Below, piece after piece: positions 1-10,787 of a DNA stretch of 64,000 nt (positions are counted from its first letter, which is position 1; each line of letters opens with the position of its first letter). A model generated the notes under the pieces. The model did no database searches. It was given only the letters and a program-made list of their open reading frames with translations, and was not told the origin of the DNA. Origin of the DNA: Candidatus Thorarchaeota archaeon (GTDB lineage Archaea; Asgardarchaeota; Thorarchaeia; Thorarchaeales; Thorarchaeaceae); NCBI GenBank assembly GCA_011364905.1, contig RDNZ01000005.1, positions 32,001 to 96,000 of the forward strand. The letters run 5' to 3'. The translations under genes were made by a program, and so were the position numbers.

Positions 1-88
1 GATGAAGCCAAAAACCTACTAGGAACTGGCAGATCCGTCTTAAGTGGTGAAGAGATGATTGCCTTTAATCGTGGCGTCGCAGTCATGA

Positions 89-1249
89 TTAGGCATTCGA
101 GGAAGCCCTAGATGGAGCAGGTGCAAGTGCCAGCGGATGGCCTGGGACCTTTCTAAGAGCATCGACCCCACCAATTGGTAGGATCATCACCTCATCTTGT
201 GGTGCAAAAAGATGAATATCATCGCCTTCTGTCACTCCAGAATCAGGATCAAGTAAAGCTTCAGCTGAAATGTCTCCAATTCGGAAATAGGCTTCGAGGG
301 CATTTCCGACGTAGATGGTCCTTGTAACGGTGCCTATAATTTCGTTATCTGTGGCATTTTCCTGCACAGAATGTAGGTCTTCGGGTCTTATTGCCACCTT
401 CACCTTCTCACCTGACTCAAAGGGGTAATCATTAATTGTTGTCCGTCCAACTACTAACTGATTGTGTGGTATCCGTGCGGTCAGGGTTTCACCAACATCT
501 TCAATGGTTCCATCGATAAAGGTGCACTGACCAATAAAATCTGCAACGAATACTGTTTGCGGATTGGCGTAAATTTCACGCGGAGTGTCAAACTGCTGAA
601 CGTAGCCATGGTCCATGACTGCAACCTTATCAGAGATACTTAATGCTTCATGTTGGTCGTGTGTGACATAGACAGTTGTTATCGACAACTCTTTCTGGAT
701 TCTGATGATTTCTTCCCTCATATCAATCCTGAGCTTGGCATCAAGGTTTGAAAGAGGTTCATCCAATAACAAGACATCTGGTTCTATGGCAAGAGCTCTT
801 GCCAGCGCGACGCGTTGTTGCTGACCACCTGAGAGCTGGTGGATATGACGACCAGCTAGCTCGCCCATCCGAACCATCTCAAGTGATTCGTTCACTCGTC
901 TTGAGATAGCGCCCTTAGTGTATTTCATCCCACTGACACGTTTTAGCTTCAGTCCGTATGCAACGTTGTCAGCAACCGACATGTGCGGCCAGAGTGCATA
1001 GTTCTGAAAGCACATTCCAGTGTTTCTCTTGTACGGAGGAATCATTGTCACATCTCTATCATCGAAAAATACCTTTCCATGATCAGGAACGTAAAATCCA
1101 GCAATGATTCGTAGTAAGGTTGTTTTTCCGCAACCAGATGGACCCAGCAGAGTTGAGAGTTCACCCTCTTCCAAGACCATGGTCACTTCATCGGTCGCCA
1201 CAACATCACCGAATGTTTTGCGCAAGTTCTCTAATACAATCTCGACCAT
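89..1249 (-). CDS. ABC transporter ATP-binding subunit (PotA/FbpC class, C-terminal TOBE domain)
   Basis: Walker A GPSGCGKT, signature LSGGQQQRVALARAL, Walker B LLLDEP, H-loop VTHDQ. Confidence 0.95.
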   Translation of the reverse strand: MVEIVLENLRKTFGDVVATDEVTMVLEEGELSTLLGPSGCGKTTLLRIIAGFYVPDHGKVFFDDRDVTMIPPYKRNTGMCFQNYALWPHMSVADNVAYGLKLKRVSGMKYTKGAISRRVNESLEMVRMGELAGRHIHQLSGGQQQRVALARALAIEPDVLLLDEPLSNLDAKLRIDMREEIIRIQKELSITTVYVTHDQHEALSISDKVAVMDHGYVQQFDTPREIYANPQTVFVADFIGQCTFIDGTIEDVGETLTARIPHNQLVVGRTTINDYPFESGEKVKVAIRPEDLHSVQENATDNEIIGTVTRTIYVGNALEAYFRIGDISAEALLDPDSGVTEGDDIHLFAPQDEVMILPIGGVDALRKVPGHPLALAPAPSRASSNA

Positions 1250-1258
1250 CTAATCACC

Positions 1259-3313
1259 TCATATTCCAGTCATGGCTGAAGATCGCGCACCTAGAATCTT
1301 GTTAGTAATAGTGATGACTGTCATTTGCATTGCCATCATTAAAACTCCCAAACAAGCCGCGCTATTTGCAGCCGAATAGCTTGCTGAGTGAGATTCAAGA
1401 ACTTCTTTGGTCCAAAAAGTCATTGGAGCTTGTTCAGGACCTAGACTTCCTAATATCAGACTCGTACTCACCTCGCTAACCGAGTAAACAAATGATAAGA
1501 GGGAACCAGCAAGCACACTAACACCTATCAATGGTAAAGTGATTTTTGCAAATGTTTGATTCTTGCTGGCGCCCAGATTTTGAGATGCTTCTTCAAGCAC
1601 TACAGGCGTTGATACCAGCCCGGCATAGGCTGCTCTAACAGTGAAGGGGAATTTCCGAACAGTATATGACATTATTATTAGGAACGCTGGACCATCCAAA
1701 GGGAAGAAAGGAGTCCGGAAATACATAATGAAATATCCCGTAGCAATGACAATACCCGGAAGAGCAATCGGAGATGTCACAAGCAAGTCGAAGGAGGTCT
1801 TCCCTGGAATATCACGACGCGCAATGATATATGCCGCACTGGCTCCAAGAAGAACAATGAAAACAGTGGCAATCGCGCCATAGATTAAGGTAAATATTAT
1901 CGACCTCGTGACTGCGGGATACGTAGTGAATATGGAGTAGTTCTCTAGGGTCCAAGTGTTAGGCAAAGGTGAAGTGGTTGACCAAATGCCGGCGAATGAT
2001 AGAATTATGACGCTAATCTGGGGAATCAGAGCTAAAAACAACAGGGGAAGCAACAATATGTATAGCAGTAGTGTTGTACGTTTCGAGAGTTTACGAGTTC
2101 GAGGATTCCATTGACCGCCCTTAGTACCGGATTCGTATGATCTCACTCCAGCGTATTTTCGAATTGCCAAGAAACCTAGAAGCGCAAATAAAAGCAGAAT
2201 CATTCCGATAGCAGGTCCTTTAGGATCTATTCCTAGAGCTCCAGATCTGAAAGAATCGAAGACTTGGAAAGCAAGGGTGTTTTTGGCCTGTGGATCCTCT
2301 TGAAATACAATTGGAGTGCCTAAGTCTTCAATGCTGAGAATAAATGTCAGAATGGATCCAGCCTGGATTCCGGGCATTGCTAGAGGGAGGGTGATAGAAC
2401 GAAACAGCCTCGATCCTTTTGCACCCAGATTCTCTGCCTGTTCCTCTAAGGATGGGTCGATTGACATGAAAGAGGAATAGGCGTTGAGATAGACAAGCGA
2501 AAAGAGTGACAATGACTGCACAAAGATAATAGCAGCGAGACCCTTGATTTGTATCTGCATAGGAAAGATATGCAACGTGTCGTAGAATAGATTGTTAATA
2601 AAACCATTAAGACCGAGAAACGACTTGATTCCAATCGCGCCTATAAAAGGTGTAGCAAGAAGCGGGAATATCAGAATTGTTCGGATCACTGATTTTCCAA
2701 AGAACTCGTATCGCGCAACAATGAAAGCCAAGAAGACTCCAAGTAAAACCGAGAATCCGGTAACAATAATCGCTACATATATCGAGTTTATTACTGCACC
2801 GAGGTCCCAGCCCTGAATCACAACAGTCTGGCCAATAATCACCGTTCTGAGATCACCAAAGAAGTGCCAAGTTTTCGTGCCAATATCAAAGTACCATGGC
2901 CAGATGGTGGGATCCTGAAACAGTTGTGCAAAATGATATAATGAAGGCAAACCTGTGCTAGGGTCTGTAAAGGAGTATACTACCACGCTGATTAAAGGCA
3001 AAACAAGAAAGAGAGTGAACGTGATGAGAACGGCTGCCAATTGGATGGAGGTGAGTGTATCCAACTCTCGACGAAGCTTTTTCAATCCGCCTCGAAATCG
3101 ATCCCCAGGGTTTTGCAAGAAATCGCTAACACCATCTAGACGCCGCCCCGTCCAGGGTCCAATCCCTCGAATTCTGCCAATAAGACCATTCTTGAGTCTT
3201 CTTGGAAACGCTCTAATGGTCAGTTCAAGATTATATTGAAACGAATCAGGAACTAACTCGTCTTGTTCAATTGGCACCTCTTCTACCATTTCGTCAGCGG
3301 TGTCATCGTCCAT
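1259..3313 (-). CDS. ABC transporter permease, fused double TMD (FbpB/ThiP class)
   Basis: Many TM segments and two EAA-type loops (LEEQAENLGA, LEEASQNLGA); lies between SBP and ATPase genes. Confidence 0.92.
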   Translation of the reverse strand: MDDDTADEMVEEVPIEQDELVPDSFQYNLELTIRAFPRRLKNGLIGRIRGIGPWTGRRLDGVSDFLQNPGDRFRGGLKKLRRELDTLTSIQLAAVLITFTLFLVLPLISVVVYSFTDPSTGLPSLYHFAQLFQDPTIWPWYFDIGTKTWHFFGDLRTVIIGQTVVIQGWDLGAVINSIYVAIIVTGFSVLLGVFLAFIVARYEFFGKSVIRTILIFPLLATPFIGAIGIKSFLGLNGFINNLFYDTLHIFPMQIQIKGLAAIIFVQSLSLFSLVYLNAYSSFMSIDPSLEEQAENLGAKGSRLFRSITLPLAMPGIQAGSILTFILSIEDLGTPIVFQEDPQAKNTLAFQVFDSFRSGALGIDPKGPAIGMILLLFALLGFLAIRKYAGVRSYESGTKGGQWNPRTRKLSKRTTLLLYILLLPLLFLALIPQISVIILSFAGIWSTTSPLPNTWTLENYSIFTTYPAVTRSIIFTLIYGAIATVFIVLLGASAAYIIARRDIPGKTSFDLLVTSPIALPGIVIATGYFIMYFRTPFFPLDGPAFLIIMSYTVRKFPFTVRAAYAGLVSTPVVLEEASQNLGASKNQTFAKITLPLIGVSVLAGSLLSFVYSVSEVSTSLILGSLGPEQAPMTFWTKEVLESHSASYSAANSAACLGVLMMAMQMTVITITNKILGARSSAMTGI

Positions 3314-3334
3314 CTCTCTTTCCTCAAGTGCGGA

Positions 3335-4804
3335 CTACGTTTCTGCTTCAACCTGTGCTTGGATATTTGCATACTGTATATTGGCGGCCGCTGTCCACCG
3401 TGATTGAACACTATTAGCATACGCCGAATCGTAAATCATGTCGTTATTAATAGCGGTAGCGTACGCAGGAGTAAACGTTTCCATAGTGGAAGTCTTTGGA
3501 TCCTGAATGGTCATCATCTGACTCATAAGACTTGCATAGCTGTCCAACTCAGCGGCATTAATTCGACCTTCATGATAGGCAGTATAGATTGCGTACCAGC
3601 AGTTCACAAGCGCAGTATGAGCGTCCGTAAGCACAGACTCCCAATATTTGATGAATGCTCTGTTCATCTGCAGTGACATTGTGTCGTTGAAATCAATGCC
3701 TACCGTGTCAATTGTCTGATTGAAGGCGGTATAGAGATCTTCAACTCCTACAGCAGTGGGTTCATCAAAGGCGCATCTCATGACAGGCATTCTACGAATG
3801 TTATTGTTAAGCCAAAGAGACTGGCCATAGCAGCTAAGAATGAAGTCTACGAAGGCTTCAGCCGCGGCTTCCTGCTGAGTGTTGGCTGCAATAGCTATTG
3901 GATCACCATTCACGATTGATTGACCTTCCGGTACAAAATACTGACAGTCCGGATTTCTTGCCTGAGAAAGGTATCCGTAGAAGTCAATAGACATGGAAAT
4001 ACCAACCTCTCCAGTTTCTACGGCGTTTTGTGTTTCCACAGATCCGCTGTAGATACCTGCACTCCCCGCCATTCGGGACATAGTTGTCCAGCCTTCTTGC
4101 CAGCCAAGTGCTTGAGTAATAATCTCGTATATACGCGTGTTTGATGTCGTACCGGGAGCATTACCCATAGAAATTGTTGGGACTGTAGGCAGAAGAGAAG
4201 CGTAAACTGGATCAGCAAGGTCCGTCCAAGTACTGGGAGTGGGAAGTGAATAGGTGTCTAGAAAGGCATTATTAACAGTAAAGCCGAAGGTTGATATTGC
4301 TGCTGCAATCCACACGAGTTCGTCAGCAGTATTGTTTCGCTTCATATCAACTCCTGCGATAGTATCATTGACTCGAGCTGCCACAGTCTGCATCCTGGGG
4401 CTAGTAAGTGGATACAGTAGGCTATCCCTCATCAACTGATCGAACAAAGTCGGGCCGCCGCCCCAACAGACATCGATTGTTCCTTCATTAATCAAGTCAT
4501 CCCAGAATTCCTCGGCAGGGGCTCTGAACTTCAAATCAACAATATTGGCATCATGAGCGATATCACTAGCCAAGAATGCCGATTTGAAAACATTTTGAAT
4601 AGATATATCATGTCGTGTTAAAATGGTGAGGGTGATTCCGCTACTTGTTGTGGTAGTTGTGGTTCCGGTCGTTGTATTATTGGGACCGAATCCGCCTCCT
4701 AAGTAGAATATTGAAACACCAGCAACACCGATTATCACGATTACTATAACAGCACTAAGCATAGTTCTAGTTCTTCCAGCTGTTTCAAAATCACTCATTT
4801 GCAC
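3335..4804 (-). CDS. ABC transporter substrate-binding protein (Fe3+/thiamine/polyamine class), N-terminally membrane anchored
   Basis: N-terminal TM plus Thr-rich linker; DVCWGGG, PSTWTDLADP, SIDFYG, NGDPIAI motifs; operon context. Confidence 0.9.
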   Translation of the reverse strand: MQMSDFETAGRTRTMLSAVIVIVIIGVAGVSIFYLGGGFGPNNTTTGTTTTTTSSGITLTILTRHDISIQNVFKSAFLASDIAHDANIVDLKFRAPAEEFWDDLINEGTIDVCWGGGPTLFDQLMRDSLLYPLTSPRMQTVAARVNDTIAGVDMKRNNTADELVWIAAAISTFGFTVNNAFLDTYSLPTPSTWTDLADPVYASLLPTVPTISMGNAPGTTSNTRIYEIITQALGWQEGWTTMSRMAGSAGIYSGSVETQNAVETGEVGISMSIDFYGYLSQARNPDCQYFVPEGQSIVNGDPIAIAANTQQEAAAEAFVDFILSCYGQSLWLNNNIRRMPVMRCAFDEPTAVGVEDLYTAFNQTIDTVGIDFNDTMSLQMNRAFIKYWESVLTDAHTALVNCWYAIYTAYHEGRINAAELDSYASLMSQMMTIQDPKTSTMETFTPAYATAINNDMIYDSAYANSVQSRWTAAANIQYANIQAQVEAET

Positions 4805-4997
4805 ACCTCTTGGATTATTGAGTATCTAGTTGAGTCATGAGAGAGTAGATTGCAGTAATTAAGGTTTGTCACTCACGAGAAGATTGCGTACTCCAAACAT
4901 TTCATAGAACCTCTTGCAATTCGAAGTGTTCATATAGGGAGAGATTCTGCAATATGACTAAGCTGCTATCTTTTATAGATAGGAGAGGAACCTGAAA

Positions 4998-6035
4998 ATG
5001 AAAAACATCAACGGAAGACAAGCAGCATCACTTTTTGTGATTGCAGCTTTATTCGCATCCTTTCTTGCGTTTTCATCTGCGACTCCGGTCGCCGCAGCTT
5101 CTGGAACAATCGTCTTTGATTATTCCCATGGGCAAGCACCTTCGTTTGAGGAGGTCATAGCCTATGATGCACAGCTAGGAGCAAATCTGACGGCCATGGG
5201 TTATACTGTAGTGTGGGCGCGAGGAGGAATTAATGCATCAATCCTGAGCGGAGCTACGGGCTTGGTTATGGGTTCGTGCTATGGAGCCAATAACGGATAC
5301 ACGGCCGGGGAAATATCAGCAATAGGTGACTGGTTTAATGCTGGTAATAAGTTCCTATGGGTCGGCTATGACAGCGATTACACTTCCCTTCCCGATGCGG
5401 GTCAATGGATTGACAACAACATGACACTCATTCTAGAAGCAGTCCATTCAGATGTCTATGGTGAACCGACAGCAGTCGAGGATCCGGTGAATAATGGAGG
5501 CTCTGGATACCGTGTGGTTGCAAACAAAACGAGCACCAATCCATACGTCGCAGACATCGTTAGTGGAGTCACAGAAGTTCTTATGCATGGACCTACCTGT
5601 CTCTACGGCGCTAGTGGTAGTTCTATGGCATCTCCTGTAGCATTGGAAACAACAACAGTGACTGATGTCTACCCGATTCTATACACGGGTGGAAACGGTA
5701 CTATCAATGACGGCGATGCTACCGACCCAATCGTTCATACTAACGGACAGCAGGGAAGTTTCGTCATGATGGCGATGCAGATCAATGCCGGTGATGCTGG
5801 AACTGGAAACCTCATGGTATCCGGTGCCTCACCATATGGTGACTATCAGCCAATGTACGCCAGCTATTACAATAAGGTATTGGACGGCTACAACTTAGTA
5901 AAGCAAGCAATAGACTTTGGTATGCAAGCAGTCCAACCCGCAGGTGCGCCAATTAATTGGATACTAATAGCAGGTGTTGGCGGTGCTGCAGTCGTAGTAA
6001 TCATCATCGTTGTCTATTTCGTAAGGAAACGATAA
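4998..6035 (+). CDS. Secreted, C-terminally anchored protein with a GIFT/DUF4350-like (GATase-like fold) domain
   Basis: Signal peptide, IVFDYSHGQ and EISAIGDWFNAG motifs, C-terminal TM followed by RKR. Confidence 0.7.
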   Translation: MKNINGRQAASLFVIAALFASFLAFSSATPVAAASGTIVFDYSHGQAPSFEEVIAYDAQLGANLTAMGYTVVWARGGINASILSGATGLVMGSCYGANNGYTAGEISAIGDWFNAGNKFLWVGYDSDYTSLPDAGQWIDNNMTLILEAVHSDVYGEPTAVEDPVNNGGSGYRVVANKTSTNPYVADIVSGVTEVLMHGPTCLYGASGSSMASPVALETTTVTDVYPILYTGGNGTINDGDATDPIVHTNGQQGSFVMMAMQINAGDAGTGNLMVSGASPYGDYQPMYASYYNKVLDGYNLVKQAIDFGMQAVQPAGAPINWILIAGVGGAAVVVIIIVVYFVRKR

Positions 6036-6046
6036 GTCAATATCGA

Positions 6047-6083
6047 GTAGTCTGGGTTTTCCAGACTACACCTCTCTTTTTTT
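6047..6083 (+). terminator. Hairpin followed by T-tract
   Basis: GTAGTCTGG-gtttt-CCAGACTAC then CTCTCTTTTTTT, 12 nt after the stop codon. Confidence 0.6.
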
Positions 6084-6190
6084 GTTAGTAATGCGGATTG
6101 AGTGTGATTAGGATTCAGTCCTCTTACGCCAAAAAAAGCAAACTTTAAGAAACTGTTTCCACGGAGGTAATATCCCCAAACGGTGATTCT

Positions 6191-8596
6191 ATGAAACATG
6201 ATTCATTATCTAAATACTTAGCCTTGTCATTTCTTCTCTTACTAGTTGTGTCAGTCCTACAGACTAGTAATTCCTGGACAACAGTATCCTCTCAACCATC
6301 AGAGAATTACGTAAATGCTTCCTTTACCCCAAAGTCAATTCTATTTGATGAGTCACATTGTGATAACGGAAGCAGTCTTTGGGCACCAGGCAACGCTTCG
6401 TTGTTTAGTTGGATCTTGGGTGAAAGCGGGTATGACTCGGATACAAATTTTAACACAAGTCTGGATTCAGGAGTACTTGACCAGTATGATATCCTCGTCC
6501 TGTTCTTTCCAGTTATTCCGTTGACGAGTGGTGAAATAGGCGCTGTCCATGCGTTCGTAGATGCTGGAGGCGGTTTGCTTCTTGTTGGCGTAGATGATAG
6601 CAACTTTTGGGAATTTCGTTCGAATTATCTCAATCCGATCTCAAGTGGTTACGGAATCACCTTTCAATCAAACACTGTAGACGAAACAGTAACATCCTTT
6701 GCCACACACAACATCACATACGGAGTGACATCGATAAATACACGCGGAGATGACTTCAAATTCTGCACGATGTCTGTTTCAACACCGGCTGTTTCAGTCG
6801 TGGATTCAACATCAGGTCCAATCATCGCAACTTCTGAATCGGGCTCTGGCAGAGTAGTTGGCGTGGGAGGCCCAAGCATTTTCTATATGTATAGAAAGAA
6901 TGCAGGTAGCTTTGGAGATTCGCACTTTCAAATGTCAGTGAACATCATCGACTGGCTAGCGAGAAATCCAAAGAGAATTGCAAACATCCCGTCAGAGGCT
7001 GTGATTACAGTCGGTCCTGGACCCTCTTTGTCGCCATCTGCAGTTGAAGACTATGTCATGTTTACGGGAGCATACCATGAACATACGACTCACAGTGATG
7101 GAGCCAATACCCCATTGGAAATGCTTGAGAAGGGAATTAGGCTGGGCTATGATTTCTTTGTGATGACAGATCACTCTCATAACACTCCGGGTGACGTTGG
7201 CGGAATCACCGGAGCCCTTGCAATGCAAGATATAGTGAATGCGAATCACATCGACTTACCAATAATTGCTGGTGCGGAGCTGTCATCTGTCAAGCACACT
7301 ATTGGGTTCCCACTGACTGAAAACATCTGGACGGATAATCAACAATATGCAGTCGAGCAGATACATGCTCAGGGAGGAATTGCTATTCTGGCGCACCCAA
7401 CAATTGGATTTGATTACGCGCCCATCTATGAAAACCGAACTGCCTTGGGCTACGACGCAATTGAGGTGGACAACAGAGGCTTCTTCTTCGGCGGTGGAGA
7501 AGATGGCTTTTTTGACAACTTCATGGGTTCTGCGGATACACACACAGATTTGGAAGACGGACTTCGAGATGCCATATTCGTCGAGAATCCAAGTGGACCC
7601 AATGGAAGAGTGACCGCAGGGGACATCATCGATGCTGTTCTCAATAAAAGGGTTGTAATAATAGATCCATATAATGGCATGATCTATGGGCAGGAAGTAT
7701 GGGTCAACCGCTACATAGAGATTAGAGATCAAGCCGAATCAGCAATCCAGTCATGCAATGCATTACTTGACAGCTTGAAGGATTCGGGTGAAGAAGTCGG
7801 TCTGTCTGAGTTCTACCTCGCTGATGCTATGAAATCTCTTGACGCCTTGAATCCTGATAGAGCGCTTAGAATGGTCCAGAATGCAACCTCGGATGCAGTG
7901 CTTGGAGTCGACCTATCCATAACATCTCCAATGATTATGGAACCAGACACGGACCATGAAGTACCACTAGCATTGAAAAACAATCATACATATGGTGTCG
8001 AGATTGCCTCAACTTTGTTTGTTGGCAAGGGCATCTCTGTTACGTCGAATGATTTCAGCATTGTTGTGGCTGGAAAAAGCACTTCGACAGTGACACGGGA
8101 TTTCAGATCGAATAGTTATGGACTCACGACGTATTACTTGAATCTGTATGAATTCAATACTACGGGATTCATTAATCCCATCTTGATACCGATGAAGGGA
8201 ATCATTGATAATGTCACAGTAGAAGCAATCAAAGAGGGTGGTGACTATAACGCCGATGTGGCCTTTTGGATAGGAAGAGCTTCTGCCAGACAGATAGTAA
8301 CGGCCACTTTGTTCTACGACGATGGGACAGGTGAGCAACAAGTCGATATGAGCAGAGAGTTTAACCTGTTCCTCTATACGCTCGGTCCGTTTCCATCAAA
8401 CACAGAGCTGTCTATCCACATCATTGTGGTAACCTTCGAGGGAAACACGTACACGATTGGTGAGCAGGTTTTAACGCTAGGAGCAACTGGGCAGCCTCCT
8501 GAAATCGGTCCAATACTGCTTCTGGCGGCTGTCGGCGGCGCGGCTGCAATCATCCTCGTAATCGTAGTGGTTTTCTTAAAGCGGCGACGTGGATGA
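6191..8596 (+). CDS. Surface protein: GIFT/DUF4350-like domain + PHP-family metallophosphoesterase + Ig-like region + C-terminal TM anchor
   Basis: ILFDESH motif; PHP motifs HEHTTHSDG, TDH, GAE, AHP, SADTH; C-terminal TM followed by KRRR. Confidence 0.8.
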   Translation: MKHDSLSKYLALSFLLLLVVSVLQTSNSWTTVSSQPSENYVNASFTPKSILFDESHCDNGSSLWAPGNASLFSWILGESGYDSDTNFNTSLDSGVLDQYDILVLFFPVIPLTSGEIGAVHAFVDAGGGLLLVGVDDSNFWEFRSNYLNPISSGYGITFQSNTVDETVTSFATHNITYGVTSINTRGDDFKFCTMSVSTPAVSVVDSTSGPIIATSESGSGRVVGVGGPSIFYMYRKNAGSFGDSHFQMSVNIIDWLARNPKRIANIPSEAVITVGPGPSLSPSAVEDYVMFTGAYHEHTTHSDGANTPLEMLEKGIRLGYDFFVMTDHSHNTPGDVGGITGALAMQDIVNANHIDLPIIAGAELSSVKHTIGFPLTENIWTDNQQYAVEQIHAQGGIAILAHPTIGFDYAPIYENRTALGYDAIEVDNRGFFFGGGEDGFFDNFMGSADTHTDLEDGLRDAIFVENPSGPNGRVTAGDIIDAVLNKRVVIIDPYNGMIYGQEVWVNRYIEIRDQAESAIQSCNALLDSLKDSGEEVGLSEFYLADAMKSLDALNPDRALRMVQNATSDAVLGVDLSITSPMIMEPDTDHEVPLALKNNHTYGVEIASTLFVGKGISVTSNDFSIVVAGKSTSTVTRDFRSNSYGLTTYYLNLYEFNTTGFINPILIPMKGIIDNVTVEAIKEGGDYNADVAFWIGRASARQIVTATLFYDDGTGEQQVDMSREFNLFLYTLGPFPSNTELSIHIIVVTFEGNTYTIGEQVLTLGATGQPPEIGPILLLAAVGGAAAIILVIVVVFLKRRRG

Positions 8597-8788
8597 GCAT
8601 ACTCTGTCTGTGTGACAATATCAGGACCATATAATACACAGCGACGGTCAAAACACTCTTGAAGACATGTTAGACAATGGACTTTCTCATGGCCTTGATT
8701 TCAGGGCTATGACCAGCCACTCTCAAAAAAGTCCCAAGTCAATAGAGGGGGCATGCCCTCCAAGCATACCACTTAATACCGACAAGTC

Positions 8789-10771
8789 TTGAATATGGGA
8801 GTCATGAAAAAAGCAAGTGCAGTACTAATTATTTTGCTGTTGCCAATCTTCACCGCGGTTGTCTTCACACCGATGGTGACTACGGTGGATGCATGGGGAC
8901 ATGCAACCCACTTTTTCATAACGGAACAAGCCATGGCGGGGATTAGCAATCAGAGCTGGGCTGATGCCTTTGAATACTACTCCGCAGAGGTCATAGGTGG
9001 TAGTGTCTATCCTGATGTCGCATGGCAGGATTGGGACAATCATCTATACTATCCTGTAAATGGGACCCACCATGCACCAGAAGCTGCACAAAGATGGTAC
9101 AATTTTACAAGGACCAACTTTACAATTGGAAATTGGGAGGATGGTTTCTTCGCAGCAGGTGTCATGGCACACTATTTCAGCGACCCCTGTATACCGGTTC
9201 ACACTGACGTCTTCTGGGCAGGCCATTCGGCCTATGAAACGGATATCAACAATAATCTTGATCTCTTCACGATCTCGACTCCAACTGAATCGTACATCGC
9301 AAACGCTAGCCAATTAGTAGTCGATTCTGCAACTTACTCACACCAGTACTATGATGATGTGGTTTTTGCATATCCAACAGATAGCTCTCAAGCAATCCAA
9401 ACCAATGTGACAATCAAGAACTTGACTCAGGACTGTCTCAACTTGGCTATAGATGGTCTTCTTGATCTCTTCTATACTGCGACTTTAGGCATCAATGCAC
9501 CAGACGTAACAATCACCTATCAGTACAAAGCGATGATGGATGTTGCCCATGGTAATGACTATGCGGCTGCGGATTTGGATACGATTAACACGACTCTGTC
9601 GCAAAAGGGGTATCAGTTGACTGAACAGAGTACAGCAATAACGACTGAGAGTCTTGCAGGTGTTGACTTATTCATCGCCACGTGCGCTAGTTCACCTTAT
9701 ACTGCCAATGAACTCAATGCGATTTCCACATGGGCAGCCAGCGGAAATAAGGCGTTACTACTTACAGGAAGAGGTGATCATCCTTCAAGCCCGACGAACA
9801 CATCATATTCTGATGCCATCTTGGCAGCGATAGGCTCCAATATCAGAAATAATGATGACAATGTCTACATGGAAGGAACCTACAATCCATGGTATGATGA
9901 TTTGACAGTAATTCCTGATTCATCAGTTACCGTGAACCTCACAGCAGGTGTAAACACAGTGACGTTCTTCTCACCGAATAGTCTCTACTTCATAGACGAT
10001 GGTCCAGTTCTTCCCATAATCTATGCGGACGTTACAGGGTATCAAACTAACCAAGCCCCTCCCGCTCCTGCAGTCATCTATGATGATTCTATGGATGGCA
10101 TTTGGGGTAATCAGATCCCACTAGCTGCAGCTGAGGAAATAGGAAGCACGAGACTGTTGGTCACGGGAACGACATTCTTCAGCGACTTTGATTATAGTAA
10201 GCCTCAGTTTGATAACGTTCAATTGCTTGAGAATTTCCTAGATTGGGGAGTTGGGAACCGTTCTGAGTGGAACATCGCAAATGTGGATGAGGTTGGACCA
10301 AGAGTCAGCAATGTGGAGTGGAATCCAAGCAGCCCAGATGATGGGGAAAGTGTGACTGTTACAGCAACTGTAGCAGATCCAGGCGGCGTTGATGCTGTAT
10401 ATCTGAAGTACAACAATGGAACCGACTTGGTGACATTACAGATGGATGCAGGTGCTGGGGGAGTTTATTCGGGAGTCATCTCGGATGTGACCACTGGATC
10501 ACTCTCCTTCACTATTGAAGCGCATGACAACTCAGATAACATAGAAACACGAACACCGTTCACAATCACTTGGACACCTCCAGTCACAACTACTACCACT
10601 CCTCCAACTACCACAACAACGGCACCCACGACCGAAACTCCGACTACCTCTGAAACACCCACAGGCACAGGAACTGAACCTCCACTGCCAACGAACTTGC
10701 TGCTGATAGCAGGCATTGGAGTTGCTGTAGTGGTGTTGTTAGTTGTTGCGGTCTTAGTCCGGAAGCGGTAG
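8789..10771 (+). CDS. Surface protein: Zn-dependent phospholipase C/P1-nuclease-like domain + GIFT/DUF4350-like domain + Ig-like domain + Thr/Pro linker + TM anchor
   Basis: Signal peptide ending VDA|WGHATH, SVYPD, HYFSDPCIPVH, HSAYE; MMDVAHGND; C-terminal TM followed by RKR. Confidence 0.8.
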   Translation: MNMGVMKKASAVLIILLLPIFTAVVFTPMVTTVDAWGHATHFFITEQAMAGISNQSWADAFEYYSAEVIGGSVYPDVAWQDWDNHLYYPVNGTHHAPEAAQRWYNFTRTNFTIGNWEDGFFAAGVMAHYFSDPCIPVHTDVFWAGHSAYETDINNNLDLFTISTPTESYIANASQLVVDSATYSHQYYDDVVFAYPTDSSQAIQTNVTIKNLTQDCLNLAIDGLLDLFYTATLGINAPDVTITYQYKAMMDVAHGNDYAAADLDTINTTLSQKGYQLTEQSTAITTESLAGVDLFIATCASSPYTANELNAISTWAASGNKALLLTGRGDHPSSPTNTSYSDAILAAIGSNIRNNDDNVYMEGTYNPWYDDLTVIPDSSVTVNLTAGVNTVTFFSPNSLYFIDDGPVLPIIYADVTGYQTNQAPPAPAVIYDDSMDGIWGNQIPLAAAEEIGSTRLLVTGTTFFSDFDYSKPQFDNVQLLENFLDWGVGNRSEWNIANVDEVGPRVSNVEWNPSSPDDGESVTVTATVADPGGVDAVYLKYNNGTDLVTLQMDAGAGGVYSGVISDVTTGSLSFTIEAHDNSDNIETRTPFTITWTPPVTTTTTPPTTTTTAPTTETPTTSETPTGTGTEPPLPTNLLLIAGIGVAVVVLLVVAVLVRKR

Positions 10772-10787
10772 ACGCAAATTGAAGATA

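Noticed and set aside
10575-10680. Tandem repeat or CRISPR-like array
   Set aside because: Degenerate ACN/CCN codons of a Thr/Pro linker, with no repeat-spacer structure
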